Source: Syntrophobacterales bacterium
Lineage (GTDB): Bacteria > Desulfobacterota > Desulfobaccia > Desulfobaccales > 0-14-0-80-60-11
DNA length: 64,000 bases
NCBI GenBank assembly: GCA_037388025.1
Contig: JARRKO010000009.1
Coordinates: forward strand, 25,647-89,646
Reading direction: 5' to 3'
This document shows, one piece after another, positions 28,178-38,500 of this stretch (its first letter is position 1; each line of letters starts with the position of its first letter). The notes beneath the pieces were generated by a model. The model saw only the letters and a program-made list of their open reading frames with translations. It made no database searches and was not told the origin of the DNA. Made by a program: the position numbers and the translations under genes.

Positions 28178-28744
28178 ATGAAGATCATTGCCATCAGCGG
28201 CTCACCCCGGCCCCGGGGGAACACCTGGCATTTATTGCAAGAGGCCATCAAGGTCCTGGAACAACAGGGCATTGACACGGAATATGTCTCCTTACACGAC
28301 AAGGACATCCGTCCCTGCCTGGCCTGTATGAAATGCGCCAAAGAAAAGAACCGCTGCTCCCAGGAAGACGATTTCAACGCCCTGTACGAAGTCCTGGCCC
28401 AGGCCGACGGTCTCATCGTGGGCAGCCCGGTGTACTTCGGTTCGGCCACCCCCAACCTTATGGCTTTGCTCGACCGGGCCGGGTTTGTGGCCCGCATGGG
28501 CGACAACGTCTTCCATCGCAAGGTGGGCAGCCCCATCGTGGTGGCCCGCCGGGCCGGGGTCAACTTCACTTACGCCCAGCTCCTCTACTTTTTCATGATC
28601 ATGGGTATGGTGGTGCCTGGCTCCACCTACTGGCCCATTGCCTTCGGCCTAAACCCCGGGGAAGTGACCAAAGACGAGGAAGGCATGAAAACCATCGCCA
28701 CCCTGGCCGAAAATATCGCCTGGCTGTTGAAGAAGCTGCGGTAG
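28178..28744 (+). CDS. Flavodoxin-like NAD(P)H-dependent FMN reductase / iron-sulfur flavoprotein-like
   Basis: MKIIAISGSPRPRGNT, GLIVGSPVYFGS. Divergent from the TetR gene. AAAGGAGG RBS. Confidence 0.8.
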   Translation: MKIIAISGSPRPRGNTWHLLQEAIKVLEQQGIDTEYVSLHDKDIRPCLACMKCAKEKNRCSQEDDFNALYEVLAQADGLIVGSPVYFGSATPNLMALLDRAGFVARMGDNVFHRKVGSPIVVARRAGVNFTYAQLLYFFMIMGMVVPGSTYWPIAFGLNPGEVTKDEEGMKTIATLAENIAWLLKKLR

Positions 28745-28806
28745 GTTTTGGGGGGAGGGGGTAAGGGCCCACGGTCCTTAGCCCCCTCCCCCGGAACATC
28801 TTTCCC

Positions 28807-30735
28807 CTAAGCGCTCCGCAGGCGTTCGGTGATGGTGGGGAAGTATTCTTCCTGGGTATGGGGCAGGAAGAGGGCGGCGATGTAGTGATCCATGAAGCCG
28901 GGGGTTTCGGAGAGTTCAAAGTTGGTCATCATGTCCGCCACCCGGCGTTCCTCTTCCAGAAGCTCCCGGGAAAAGGCCAGCAGGGTGGCGCCCGTAAGGG
29001 AGCCGTTGCCCACAAACTGAAAGCGCTCCCGGGGCAAATCGGGCATCAGGCCGATGGCGATGGCGTTCTCCAGGTTGATGAAGTTACCGAACGCGCCGGC
29101 CAGGATGACCTGTTCGATGTCTTGCAGTTTCAGTCCCACATTATCCAGCAGGGTGACGTAGCCGGCAAACATGGCAGCTTTGGCCCGCATGAGATTGTCG
29201 ATATCCACCTCGCTGATGGTGAGGTCCTCGCCGCTCGCCGTCTCATTGGCCCAGGCCAGCACATATTCCCGCCCTTCCTCGCACTCCCGGATGCGGGGGG
29301 TATCCAGGTCTTCCCGAAAGCGGCCATTGGGGGCCAGAATATTCCCCTCCATGAGGACGGCCAATAAATTGATCAAACCGGAGCCACAGATGCCCTTGGG
29401 CTTCACCATGTCAATGGTCACAAACATGGGTTCCGCGGTTTCCGGGTTGACGCTCACTTCTTCGATGGCGCCCTTGGCCGCGCGCATGCCGAAGCGGATG
29501 CCGCCCCCCTCGAAGGCCGGCCCGGCGGAACAGGCGGCGCAGGCCAGCCACTCCTGGTTGCCGATAACGATCTCCCCGTTGGTGCCGATATCGATATATA
29601 GAGTAAGTTTGGGCTCTTTGTAGATCCCCGAGGCCAGAACTCCGGAGACAATATCGCCCCCCACATAGCTGGACACGGAGCTCACGCTGTAAATGAAGAC
29701 ATACTCCGGTAATTCCAGCCCCAAATGGCGGGCTCGCACCGGAGGAACATGACAGGCCGTGGGGGTATACGGGGCCAGACGGATGTGTTTGGGGTCGATA
29801 CTGTAAAAGAGGTGGGTCATGGTGGTGTTGCCGGCCACGGTGAGGTGTGAAATCTCGTCCACCGTGAGGCGGTGTCGTTTGAGCAGGCCGTGAATGACTT
29901 TGTTGATGGTGGTGACCACCGCCTTCTGGAGAGTCTCCAGGCCACCTTCTTTCTGGCAGTAAACCATGCGGGAAATGACATCGTCGCCATAGCTCAACTG
30001 GCCGTTGTAATCCGCCGCCTGCCCGACAATCTCGCCCTGGGCCAGATCCAGAAGTTGTACCCAGACAGTGGTGGTGCCGATATCCACTGCCAAAGCGAAA
30101 TGTCGGCCGGTGGTGTCCCCGGGTTCGATGTTGACGAGACGGGGATTGCGGGAACGCCGCTGGGCGAAATCCAGGGTGGTGGACACCTGGAAGTCCTCCT
30201 GGCGCATGATCCTGGCCAGTTTGCGGGTCAGCAGAAAATCCAGCGTCAGATTTTTCAGGCCAAGCTGGCGGTTCAGGCCTTGTTCCAGGCGGGACAGGTC
30301 ACAGACATTGTCACTTAGGGTGGCGGGAGAGAGCTTGAGGAATTTTTTCTGGAAAGCGGGATCGTATAACCCTTCTTCTTTAAGGACCGCCACATCTATG
30401 GGGCTGGGGCGGAGAGCAACGCCGGCCCGCCGGCGGGTGATGGTCTTTTTATCCAGCAGGGACTCGGGTGGGATGCGCACCACGATATCGGATACCACCC
30501 GACATTGGCAGGCCTGGCGGTACCCCAGGCTCAGCTCGTCCCGACTGAGGAGGGTGCTGTCAGGACATTCGGTCTCCCCCTCCTCCAGAATAACCCGGCA
30601 TTTGCCGCAGACACCCTCACCCCCGCAAGAGGCGTTGATATGCACCCCGGCCCGTAACGCGGCTCTGAGCAGGTTTTCCCCTTCTTCGACTTCAATGGTG
30701 ATGTCGTATGGCTGAAAAGTGACTTTTTTGCCCAA
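28807..30735 (-). CDS. RACo-like protein: plant-type [2Fe-2S] ferredoxin domain plus ASKHA ATPase (DUF4445)
   Basis: CGGEGVCGKCRV 2Fe-2S motif; DIGTTTVWV and DIGTNGEIV phosphate-binding motifs. The maximal ORF reaches 30879. The likely start is TTG 30735 (MGKKVTFQPY), with AGGA 7 nt upstream. Confidence 0.75.
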   Translation of the reverse strand: MGKKVTFQPYDITIEVEEGENLLRAALRAGVHINASCGGEGVCGKCRVILEEGETECPDSTLLSRDELSLGYRQACQCRVVSDIVVRIPPESLLDKKTITRRRAGVALRPSPIDVAVLKEEGLYDPAFQKKFLKLSPATLSDNVCDLSRLEQGLNRQLGLKNLTLDFLLTRKLARIMRQEDFQVSTTLDFAQRRSRNPRLVNIEPGDTTGRHFALAVDIGTTTVWVQLLDLAQGEIVGQAADYNGQLSYGDDVISRMVYCQKEGGLETLQKAVVTTINKVIHGLLKRHRLTVDEISHLTVAGNTTMTHLFYSIDPKHIRLAPYTPTACHVPPVRARHLGLELPEYVFIYSVSSVSSYVGGDIVSGVLASGIYKEPKLTLYIDIGTNGEIVIGNQEWLACAACSAGPAFEGGGIRFGMRAAKGAIEEVSVNPETAEPMFVTIDMVKPKGICGSGLINLLAVLMEGNILAPNGRFREDLDTPRIRECEEGREYVLAWANETASGEDLTISEVDIDNLMRAKAAMFAGYVTLLDNVGLKLQDIEQVILAGAFGNFINLENAIAIGLMPDLPRERFQFVGNGSLTGATLLAFSRELLEEERRVADMMTNFELSETPGFMDHYIAALFLPHTQEEYFPTITERLRSA

Positions 30736-31084
30736 GGTCGGATCCTGATGGCGCTGTGATGTGTCACCGGGGGTCAGGGCGATTAAATCATTAGTGCGCC
30801 ATTCTATCACAAGGGCCGGAGTAAAAAAATGGTTAAAGCGCTCCCAGACCCAAAAAGGTCCTTTTTGTAAAGAGATCATTAAGATCCCTTGCGCCTGGCT
30901 GCCTTTCTCCCAAACTCACCATTTTTCCGGAAAGCCAGTATAATGGGGCATTGATTATTCTCTTTGCTCTGAAACATAGCTTCAATTTTATCCTGCACCG
31001 TACCTCGAGGGATTGGCCTAGGGGTTTTAAAAAGCCCCCTCCCTTTGATGGGAGGGGGTCTGGGGGAGGGTGGATTGTAGAGTT

Positions 31085-31750
31085 ATGGCAGCATCACTCT
31101 TAATAGACCGATTGCTGGCGCTATATCGTCAGTTATTTGACACGTTTGGCCCCCAGGGCTGGTGGCCGGGGGATACCCCTTTTGAGGTGGCCTTGGGGGC
31201 AATTCTCACTCAGAACACCAACTGGCAGAATGTCGCCCGGGTCATGGCGGCGCTGAAAACTGAGGGCATTCTTGACGCCGACCTGCTGGGGCAGCTTCCC
31301 GAAGCCGAGCTGGCTCACCGGTTCCGGCCCGCCGGTTACTACAACCTCAAGGCTCGCAGGGTGAAAAATTTTTTGGATTTTTTCGCGGCTCACTTTGAGA
31401 ATTCCATGGACAAAATGGCCCTAGAGGAATTAGAGCCCCTGCGGGCCGAATTGCTCGGCCTCCACGGCATCGGCCCGGAAACCGCGGACAGCATCCTGTT
31501 GTATGCCCTCCATAAACCCACCTTCGTGGTGGATGCTTATACTTTTCGGATTTTAAGCCGCCATGGTTTGGTGGCGGAGCCTTGTTCCTACGAGGAACTT
31601 CGCCGGCTGTTCATGGACCGCCTCCCCGCGGATGTGCCCCTGTACCAGGAATTTCACGCCCTGCTGGTGCGCTGTGCCAAAGAGTTTTGCCGCCCCCAAC
31701 CCCGTTGCGCCGGTTGTCCCCTGGAAGACTGGCTTAAGAACGACGTTTAG
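31085..31750 (+). CDS. Endonuclease III-related HhH-GPD base-excision repair protein
   Basis: GWWPGDTPFEVALGAILTQNTNW, the HhH motif LLGLHGIGPETADSILLYAL, and C-terminal Cys cluster CRPQPRCAGCPL. Confidence 0.8.
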   Translation: MAASLLIDRLLALYRQLFDTFGPQGWWPGDTPFEVALGAILTQNTNWQNVARVMAALKTEGILDADLLGQLPEAELAHRFRPAGYYNLKARRVKNFLDFFAAHFENSMDKMALEELEPLRAELLGLHGIGPETADSILLYALHKPTFVVDAYTFRILSRHGLVAEPCSYEELRRLFMDRLPADVPLYQEFHALLVRCAKEFCRPQPRCAGCPLEDWLKNDV

Positions 31751-31805
31751 CTGCCCCTTCCTAAACTGGAACGCTTATTGCAACCCCAATGGTCAGGATG
31801 GAACC

Positions 31806-32027
31806 ATGGCATACATAGGTGATGACGGATTTTTTGCTGCGTGGGCGGCTGGCAATTTGACCGGGGACAAGCTCTCCCAGACCTCGGTGCTGCTCCTGGG
31901 AGAATCGGCTGAACAGGGGGAACAGGAAAGCATATCTACCGAACCCACCCGCGGTTTTATCATCCAGGATTGGTTCGGCCCCTTTCTTCTGGGACCTGCC
32001 AGCCGCTTTGTCCGAGGACGCTGTTAA
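31806..32027 (+). CDS. Hypothetical 73-aa protein (weak call)
   Basis: ATG 31806 has AGGA 7 nt upstream and shares a frame with track ORF 31563..32027. A terminator follows. No recognisable motif. Confidence 0.25.
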   Translation: MAYIGDDGFFAAWAAGNLTGDKLSQTSVLLLGESAEQGEQESISTEPTRGFIIQDWFGPFLLGPASRFVRGRC

Positions 32028-32042
32028 CAGCTCTGGTAAGCT

Positions 32043-32087
32043 GCGGCGGCTGCCATGACCAGCAGCTGCCGCCCTTTCCTTTTTTCT
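32043..32087 (+). terminator. Intrinsic terminator
   Basis: 10-bp stem gcggcggctg (32043-32052) / cagctgccgc (32063-32072) with one G-U pair, followed by cctttccttttttctc. Confidence 0.55.
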
Positions 32088-32263
32088 CGATTATTGGTTT
32101 TCTGCTCCACCCCTCTTTCTCAATTTGAGATTGTTGCCAAACACCCTCTCCAGATGTTTTCCAGGAACTCGTTGTTTTTCTCCGTGGCATTCCCCAAAAT
32201 CATGATATATTGTGCCGAATTATTCAAAAGTTGAAAAATTTGGCACTGTAATTGTCAAGAGAT

Positions 32264-32890
32264 ATGGACATTATCGAGCTGACCCGGCACTCTCCCCAGG
32301 AACTCTTGGACCGTCTCCGCCAGGTGCCTTTGTTACATCAACCCGAGATTCAAATTTATGCTGAGGCCCTCCTCAGCCTGGAGCGCCTGCACACCGATCA
32401 TCTGGCCCCCACCCAGAATTACGTCTGGTTGGCTGAGCTCAGAAAAGTTCAAGAGCTGCGCTGGAGCCTGGCCGAGCATGGTGTGGACTTGTTCGGCTTG
32501 GACGGCTTTGTAACCTATACGGTCAGGGGGGCGGACGGTGTTGAGGAGCGCTACGATGTCTATCCCCCCGTGGTGGAGGAATCAATCGAGGCGGACGGGA
32601 GGGTGGCGCTCCTTATCAATGACGGCATGCATCGCTTGTATTTGGCCAGACTGGAGTGGGTGGTGCCCCAGGTGATTTATGTCCGGGGTGTTCCCAAACA
32701 ATATCCTTATTATGCCTATCCCCGTCCCGGAGGCTGGGAGGGCATCGATTTACTTCCGGAGAACCCGGACCCCAAGACCTACCTCAAGAAATGCCATCGC
32801 CGCCGGGACAACAAGCGTCTTTACCGGGACTTCCAGGCGGTGTTCGCCAACGTCGGCCGGTCCCGCAGTCAGCTTCTTAATCCCCGTTAA
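32264..32890 (+). CDS. Hypothetical protein with ParB/sulfiredoxin-like nuclease-fold motif
   Basis: The track ORF starts at TTG 32252; the first ATG is 32264 (MDIIELTRH). VALLINDGMHRLYLAR resembles the DGxHR core of ParB-N/Srx-fold proteins. No other motif recognised. Confidence 0.5.
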   Translation: MDIIELTRHSPQELLDRLRQVPLLHQPEIQIYAEALLSLERLHTDHLAPTQNYVWLAELRKVQELRWSLAEHGVDLFGLDGFVTYTVRGADGVEERYDVYPPVVEESIEADGRVALLINDGMHRLYLARLEWVVPQVIYVRGVPKQYPYYAYPRPGGWEGIDLLPENPDPKTYLKKCHRRRDNKRLYRDFQAVFANVGRSRSQLLNPR

Positions 32891-33560
32891 ATTTAGGAAA
32901 CACAGACGCCAGTCCGGTGGGTGGCGGTGGCGGCCCTCCCCGTTCCAGGGTCTCGGCCATTTTGGCGGCCAGGCGCGCGGCCAGGACTCCCATGGGCGGG
33001 GTGGGGTAGGGTCGGGTTTCCACTACCCAAAGGTCAATGATGGGCCGGCGTACGGCTTTGATGCTGCCCGAGATACTCCACAACAGTTGACCACTTTTGG
33101 CATCAATTACTTTCAGGTCTACCTGCAGGCCGGAATTGGCCACCGTGCCGCCGTCCAGGTAGTAGGGCACCTCTCCCAGCACTAACAGGTCCAGGTTATG
33201 GCGTTTGGCCAAGGACATGGCATCTTCCTTGGTGCTATAGATCTCCGGAATGTACACCACTTCGGCAAAGGTCCGCTTGGCCTGTAGTTCCTGGTGAAAA
33301 ATCCTGGTAAAAGCCGGCCCCACCTCCGCAAAGTCTGGCGCGGTCCGAAATATCAACACTCCGGCCCGGCTCATCCGCAGGTTGGCGCTATGGGGGTGGA
33401 CGAAAATATTGTCCGCGGTGATGATTCGAGGGGTGGCGAGCCCCGTGGGATTCCAGGAGGGAGCCGGATCAAGATCATATTGCCAATGGACACAGCCCAA
33501 CCCTCCTGCCAGAATGCCAATGAGCCAAAGGATTCCCAGGGTTTTCACTGCCGGACTCAT
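32877..33560 (-). CDS. Lipoprotein, function unknown
   Basis: ATG 33560 (MSPAVKTLGILWLIGILAGGLGC) gives a signal peptide plus lipobox. A poly-Pro tract lies near the C-terminus. The 3' end overlaps the convergent gene by 14 nt. Confidence 0.6.
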   Translation of the reverse strand: MSPAVKTLGILWLIGILAGGLGCVHWQYDLDPAPSWNPTGLATPRIITADNIFVHPHSANLRMSRAGVLIFRTAPDFAEVGPAFTRIFHQELQAKRTFAEVVYIPEIYSTKEDAMSLAKRHNLDLLVLGEVPYYLDGGTVANSGLQVDLKVIDAKSGQLLWSISGSIKAVRRPIIDLWVVETRPYPTPPMGVLAARLAAKMAETLERGGPPPPPTGLASVFPKFNGD

Positions 33561-33766
33561 GTGACCTCTTCCTTCAGTAAAGTTTATATTGGCCTCTGCT
33601 TCCGGGTTGCCGAATTTCCTCCCTGGCTGCAAGGCAGGGCTCTTCTTGCCCATGAGAATTGCAAGAAGTGCGCCCCGCAAGGGCGGCCGCCTTTTGGCCT
33701 TGGCAACCCCCGGCCCATCAGCTATTTTAAAGAGTAGCAGCAAGAACGGGAAGGAAGAGATAACTT

Positions 33767-34164
33767 ATGTCATTTATCCTCATCGGCATTTTTGTCGCCT
33801 TAGCCCTGATCATCCTTGGGCAAAAATTTCCCCAAATCCAACCTTACCGCGCATCCAGTTGCCTGCCTCGGTGGTGGAGGCCATCAACTCCAAACTGGCG
33901 GCGGAACAGGAGGCCCAGAGGATGCGTTTTGTGTTAGCCAAGGAAAAACAGGAGGCCGAACGCAAGTGCATCGAAGCTCAGGGGATTCAGAACTTCCAGC
34001 GCATCGTTTCCCAGGGAATTTCCGACCAGCTCCTGCGTTGGAAGGGCATCGAAGCCACCTCTCATCTCGCCGAGTCCACCAATGCCAAAGTGGTAATCAT
34101 CGGCGGCAAGGATGGTCTGCCTTTGATTTTCAACGTGGGGGAGGAACCCAAGTCCTTGAAATAA
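33767..34164 (+). pseudogene. SPFH/prohibitin (band 7) family remnant: TM anchor and C-terminal half in different frames, core missing
   Basis: ATG 33767 with a GGAAGGAAG RBS encodes MSFILIGIFVALALIILGQKF, then runs to a stop after 56 codons. Another frame encodes only the prohibitin C-terminal half (VVEAINSKLAAEQEAQRMRFVLAKEKQEAERK...LRWKGIEAT...NAKVVIIGG). Confidence 0.5.
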
Positions 34165-34243
34165 GATTGACCGGAAGGGGACGACTGCAGGATCAGGCAG
34201 GAAAGGGTGGTCCCTTGTTCGTCAACGGCCTGACAGGGAGGAG

Positions 34244-34657
34244 TTGGCCATGAATTATGGAGAAAAGGTGCCAAGTGTGCTGTGTTGTCTGCTGCTAAGT
34301 CTGATTATGGGCTGCAACCTGCCCTTTTCCCCCGCCCCGCCCCTGACTACGGCGGAAGCCCGCCACACCTTGGACCATTGGAACCCCAATTATTGCCAGG
34401 TCAAAGAGTTCTACGGCTGGTACCAGCCGGCTGCGCCCGATACCCGGTTGGCCTATGTGCTCCTTATCAACCCCAAAGACCCGGCGGCCAAACCGGTCCT
34501 CTCCGTGGCCCGGTTCCAGCTCTTAACCCGGCCCGACGGCAGCCAGGAGTGGTTTCTTACCAGTTTGCTGAGCCACTCGCAGGGCCTCAGCCTTCGACAA
34601 GGTTGGGACAATTTGCTCATACCGGTGAAAATCGAGACCCCCAAGGTGGTCGAATAA
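34244..34657 (+). CDS. Lipoprotein, function unknown
   Basis: Signal peptide and lipobox (LLLSLIMGC). Followed by a strong terminator. Confidence 0.55.
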   Translation: MAMNYGEKVPSVLCCLLLSLIMGCNLPFSPAPPLTTAEARHTLDHWNPNYCQVKEFYGWYQPAAPDTRLAYVLLINPKDPAAKPVLSVARFQLLTRPDGSQEWFLTSLLSHSQGLSLRQGWDNLLIPVKIETPKVVE

Positions 34658-34661
34658 AAAA

Positions 34662-34690
34662 GCCCTCAAATCAGATTTGAGGGCTTTATA
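34662..34690. terminator. Intrinsic terminator between convergent genes
   Basis: gccctcaaa (34662-34670) / tttgagggc (34676-34684), a 9-bp perfect stem with a 5-nt loop. A-run before it, T-rich after it. Confidence 0.7.
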
Positions 34691-34738
34691 TGTGTCCGAA
34701 TTTGTTTTCGGGTCTTGCTCTTGCAATGTGCAAAAGAC

Positions 34739-35056
34739 TTAGGGCTCGGGAATTCTTGGCATAGGCGGAATCGGAGGAGCCTCTGCCTGATACTTGAGGC
34801 CAAACGCCCGAGCTTGAAAAGCTTTCGGATTAAAGGCTTTGGTCAAGGCCACTTCTTCCGGAGTCAAGATGCGGACAAGACCATAGTCATCCACAACCGC
34901 AAACTTCTCCCCTTTGGCCAAGCAGGAAGCTACGGTATCTTGCCCTTTGAGATTTTTGTCGGATACGCATAACAGTTTCGCAGCCATGGCCCCGGAAGCA
35001 AGAAACATCAATGCAACCACAACCAGGATGAAACCAACCACCAGTTTCGACCGCAT
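34739..35056 (-). CDS. Small secreted protein, function unknown
   Basis: ATG 35056 is preceded by AGGAGGAGG. Signal peptide MRSKLVVGFILVVVALMFLASGAMA. Pro-rich C-terminus. Confidence 0.5.
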   Translation of the reverse strand: MRSKLVVGFILVVVALMFLASGAMAAKLLCVSDKNLKGQDTVASCLAKGEKFAVVDDYGLVRILTPEEVALTKAFNPKAFQARAFGLKYQAEAPPIPPMPRIPEP

Positions 35057-35438
35057 ATTTTTCCTCCTCCTTTTTGAAGTTAATCCTCGGCTTTCCACTT
35101 TATTCAGGACTGATGGAAAAAGCCGCTTGTGCAATAAATTTACTCTAAGTATAAGGACCTCTGAGGTAAAGTCAACTTAATTTATCAGTGACCGAAGAAA
35201 AATCTTACTCTACTGTTAAACCAATGTTAAACAAAAAGGAAACCCTCCGGAGAATTTCACTCTAACCCGGATTATCCGTCATATTGCCAAGAATTTGGTG
35301 GCACAGGCTTTCCAGCCCGTGTAAAAAACACTCTGTGTTTTTATGCTTTTTATTTTACTGTTATATTTCAATAAGTTGGCGTATATTTTGAAAAGTTCAT
35401 GAAGCAAAAAGGCTAATACCCACGCCGCCGATTTTTTC

Positions 35439-35468
35439 TTGACGCTTTGGCCCCCCATGCTCTATAAA
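35439..35468 (+). promoter_or_regulatory. Candidate sigma-70 promoter of the hdrA operon
   Basis: TTGACG (35439-35444), 18-nt spacer, TATAAA (35463-35468). About 100 nt upstream of the hdrA ATG. Confidence 0.4.
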
Positions 35469-35575
35469 GGGGTTTATGAGCTTTTGAGCATAACAGAGAT
35501 GCGCCGAAGATTGTTGAAATATTCACAAACCATGGTTATAATTAGGTGTAGATAATCCTTTGAGGTGGAGCTCTT

Positions 35576-38500
35576 ATGACAAATGAAAGATTCAAAGGCC
35601 AGCAAGTAGGAGCCGTAATGGTGGTCGGTGGTGGCATCGCCGGTATGCAGGCCGCCTTGGATCTTGCCAATGCTGGATATTTCGTGCACCTGGTTGAGGA
35701 AAAGCCGGCCATTGGTGGGGTTATGTCGCAGCTCGACAAGACCTTCCCCACCAATGACTGTGCCATGTGAATTATCTCGCCCAAGCTGGTCGAGGTCGGC
35801 CGGCACATCAACATAGAAATTCATGCCCCGGCTCAGGTGGTGGGCATCAGCGGCGAACCGGGCAATTTCTCCGTCAGCGTGCGCGAGATGGCGCGCTATA
35901 TTGACATGGAAAAGTGCATTGCCTGCGGGGTTTGTGCCGAAAAATGCCCGAAGAAGGTCCCGGATGCATTCAATGAGGGGTTGGGCACTCGCAAGGCCGC
36001 CCATCTGAGTTATTCCCAAGCAGTGCCTCCGAAGTACTCCATTGACAAGGCTCAGTGCCTCTATTTTTTGAAGGGTGGCAAGTGTAAAGCGTGCGAAAAG
36101 TTCTGCCCCACCGGCGCCGTGGATTTCTCCCAAGCGGATCAAGACCGGGACATCCCGGTTGGTGCGGTGATTTTGGCTCCAGGCTTTAAAGCCTTTGATC
36201 CCACACAATACAGCGCCTATCACTACGCTAACTACCCCAATGTCATCACCGGCATGGAGTTTGAGCGGATTCTGGCTGCCGCCGGTCCGTTCCAGGGCCA
36301 TCTGGTCCGTCCTTCGGACCATAGAGAGCCCACCAAGATTGCCTGGCTCCAATGCGTGGGCTCCAGGGACTTGAACCACTGTGACAACAGCTACTGCTCA
36401 GCCGTGTGTTGCATGTACGCCATCAAGGAGGCGGTGATCGCCAAGGAGCACAGTCACGACCCCTTGGACGCCGCCATTTTCTACATGGACATGCGCACCC
36501 ATGGCAAAGAATTCGAAAAATACTACTGGCGCGCCCAGGATGAGCAGGGAATACGCTTCATCCGCTCCCGGGTGCACACCGTGGACCCGGTGCCGGGAAC
36601 TGATGATCTGGCCATTACCTACATCCGGGAAGACGGTGCCATTAACACCGAGATCTTTGATTTGGTGGTGCTGTCCGTGGGCCTGGAGACCTCACCCGGG
36701 GCCATGAAACTTGCCGGTACCCTGGGCATCGACATAAATTCTGATCGCTTTGCTCAAACCAGTTCCTTCACCCCGGTAACTACCAGCAAACCGGGCATCT
36801 ATGTCTGCGGCGCCTTCCAGGGACCCAAGGATATTCCCCAGTCGGTCATGGAGGCCTCGGCGGCCTCAGCCGCGGCCAGCGAATTGCTTGCCCCGGTGCG
36901 TTTCTCTCTGGCCCGGAAGAAACCCGTGTTCGAAGAGCGGGATGTTTCCCAGGAAGAACCCCGCATCGGCGTTTTTGTCTGTCATTGTGGCATCAACATT
37001 GCCGGCACGGTGAACGTGCCAGCGGTCCGGGATTATGCCCAGACTCTTCCCCATGTGGAGTTTGTCGAGGATACCCTGTTCGCTTGCTCCCAGGATGCCC
37101 AGGGACTGATCAAGGATCGCATCAGGGAGCACAATCTGAACCGGGTGGTGGTGGCCTCCTGCACCCCCCGCACTCATGAACCCACCTTCCAGGAGACCAT
37201 TAAAGAGGCCGGCCTGAACAAGTATCTTTTCCAAATGGCCAACATCCGTGACCAGGGCGCCTGGGTGCATATGAACGAACCTGAAGCCGCCACCCAGCGG
37301 GCCAAGGACCAGGTGCGCATGGCCATTGCTTCCGCTGCCTTCCAGCCGCCGTTGCGGGAGTTTGATCTTCCGGTGACCAAGGCCGGTCTGGTTGTCGGGG
37401 GCGGGGTGGCCGGCATGGAAGCCGCTCTCGGTTTGGCCGATCAGGGCTACCAGGTGCATCTGGTGGAAAAGAAGGACTTTTTGGGCGGCCATGCCCGGAA
37501 ACTCAACCAAACCTGGCTGGGCGAGCCCATCAAACCATACCTGGATGACTTGGTGGAGAAGGTGCAAAACCACTCCCTCATCGAAGTCCATCTCAATTCC
37601 GGCGTTACTAATGTCAAAGGCTTTGTGGGCAACTTCACCTCCACCATCGCCACCGAAGGCCGGGAAGTGGATGTGGATCATGGCGCCGTCATCATCGCCA
37701 TCGGGGCCCATTCTTATAAACCGCAGGAATATTTCTACGGCGAAAATCCACGAGTAATGCTTTCCCTGGAATTGGACCAGGCTTTCCGGGAGAAAAACCC
37801 CTTATTAACCGAGGCCAAAACTGTGGTTTTCATTCAGTGCGTAGGTTCCCGCATCCCGGAGCGGCCCTACTGCAGCCGGGTCTGCTGCACCCACTCGGTG
37901 GAAAATGCCATTCAACTCAAAGAGATGAACCCGGACATGGATGTCTTCATTCTTTACCGAGATCTGCGGACCTATGGCTCGCGGGAAAACCTCTACAAAA
38001 AGGCCCGGGAAAAAGGCGTTATCTTTATCCGCTTTGATCTGGAGAACGCCCCGCAAGTGGAGCAGCTTGCCGATGGCCGGCTTAAGGTGATGGTACGCGA
38101 TCCCATCTTGGGCTTCCCGATAACCCTGGAAGCCGATATCTTGGGTTTGGCCTCGGCCATCATTGTCAAAGAGCAAGAGAGACTGGCCCAGTTGTTCAAG
38201 GTGCCCTTGACCAATGACGGCTTTTTCCTGGAAGCCCATATGAAACTCCGGCCGGTGGACTTTGCCACTGACGGGGTTTTTATTGCTGGCTTGGCCCACT
38301 TTCCCAAGCCCATTGACGAAGCCATTGCCCAGGCCAAAGCGGCTGCGGGACGGGCTTCGGTGGTGCTGGCCCAGGATGCCATCCGGGCCGGTGGGGTGGT
38401 GGCCGAGATCGATGCCGATACCTGTGTGGGCTGTCAGGCTTGTGTGGGAGTCTGTCCCTTCGGCGCCATTGAATATGTACCGGATGAGGATGTGTGCGAG

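Noticed and set aside
32241-32256. Sigma-54-like TGGCAC-N5-TTGTC just upstream of the ParB-like ORF
   Set aside because: The -12 element deviates from consensus (TTGT rather than TTGC). The site would place the TSS on or after the candidate start codons, so it is most likely chance.
35474-36379. 301-aa minus-strand ORF antisense to hdrA
   Set aside because: No motifs. The plus strand carries unambiguous HdrA FAD and ferredoxin motifs.
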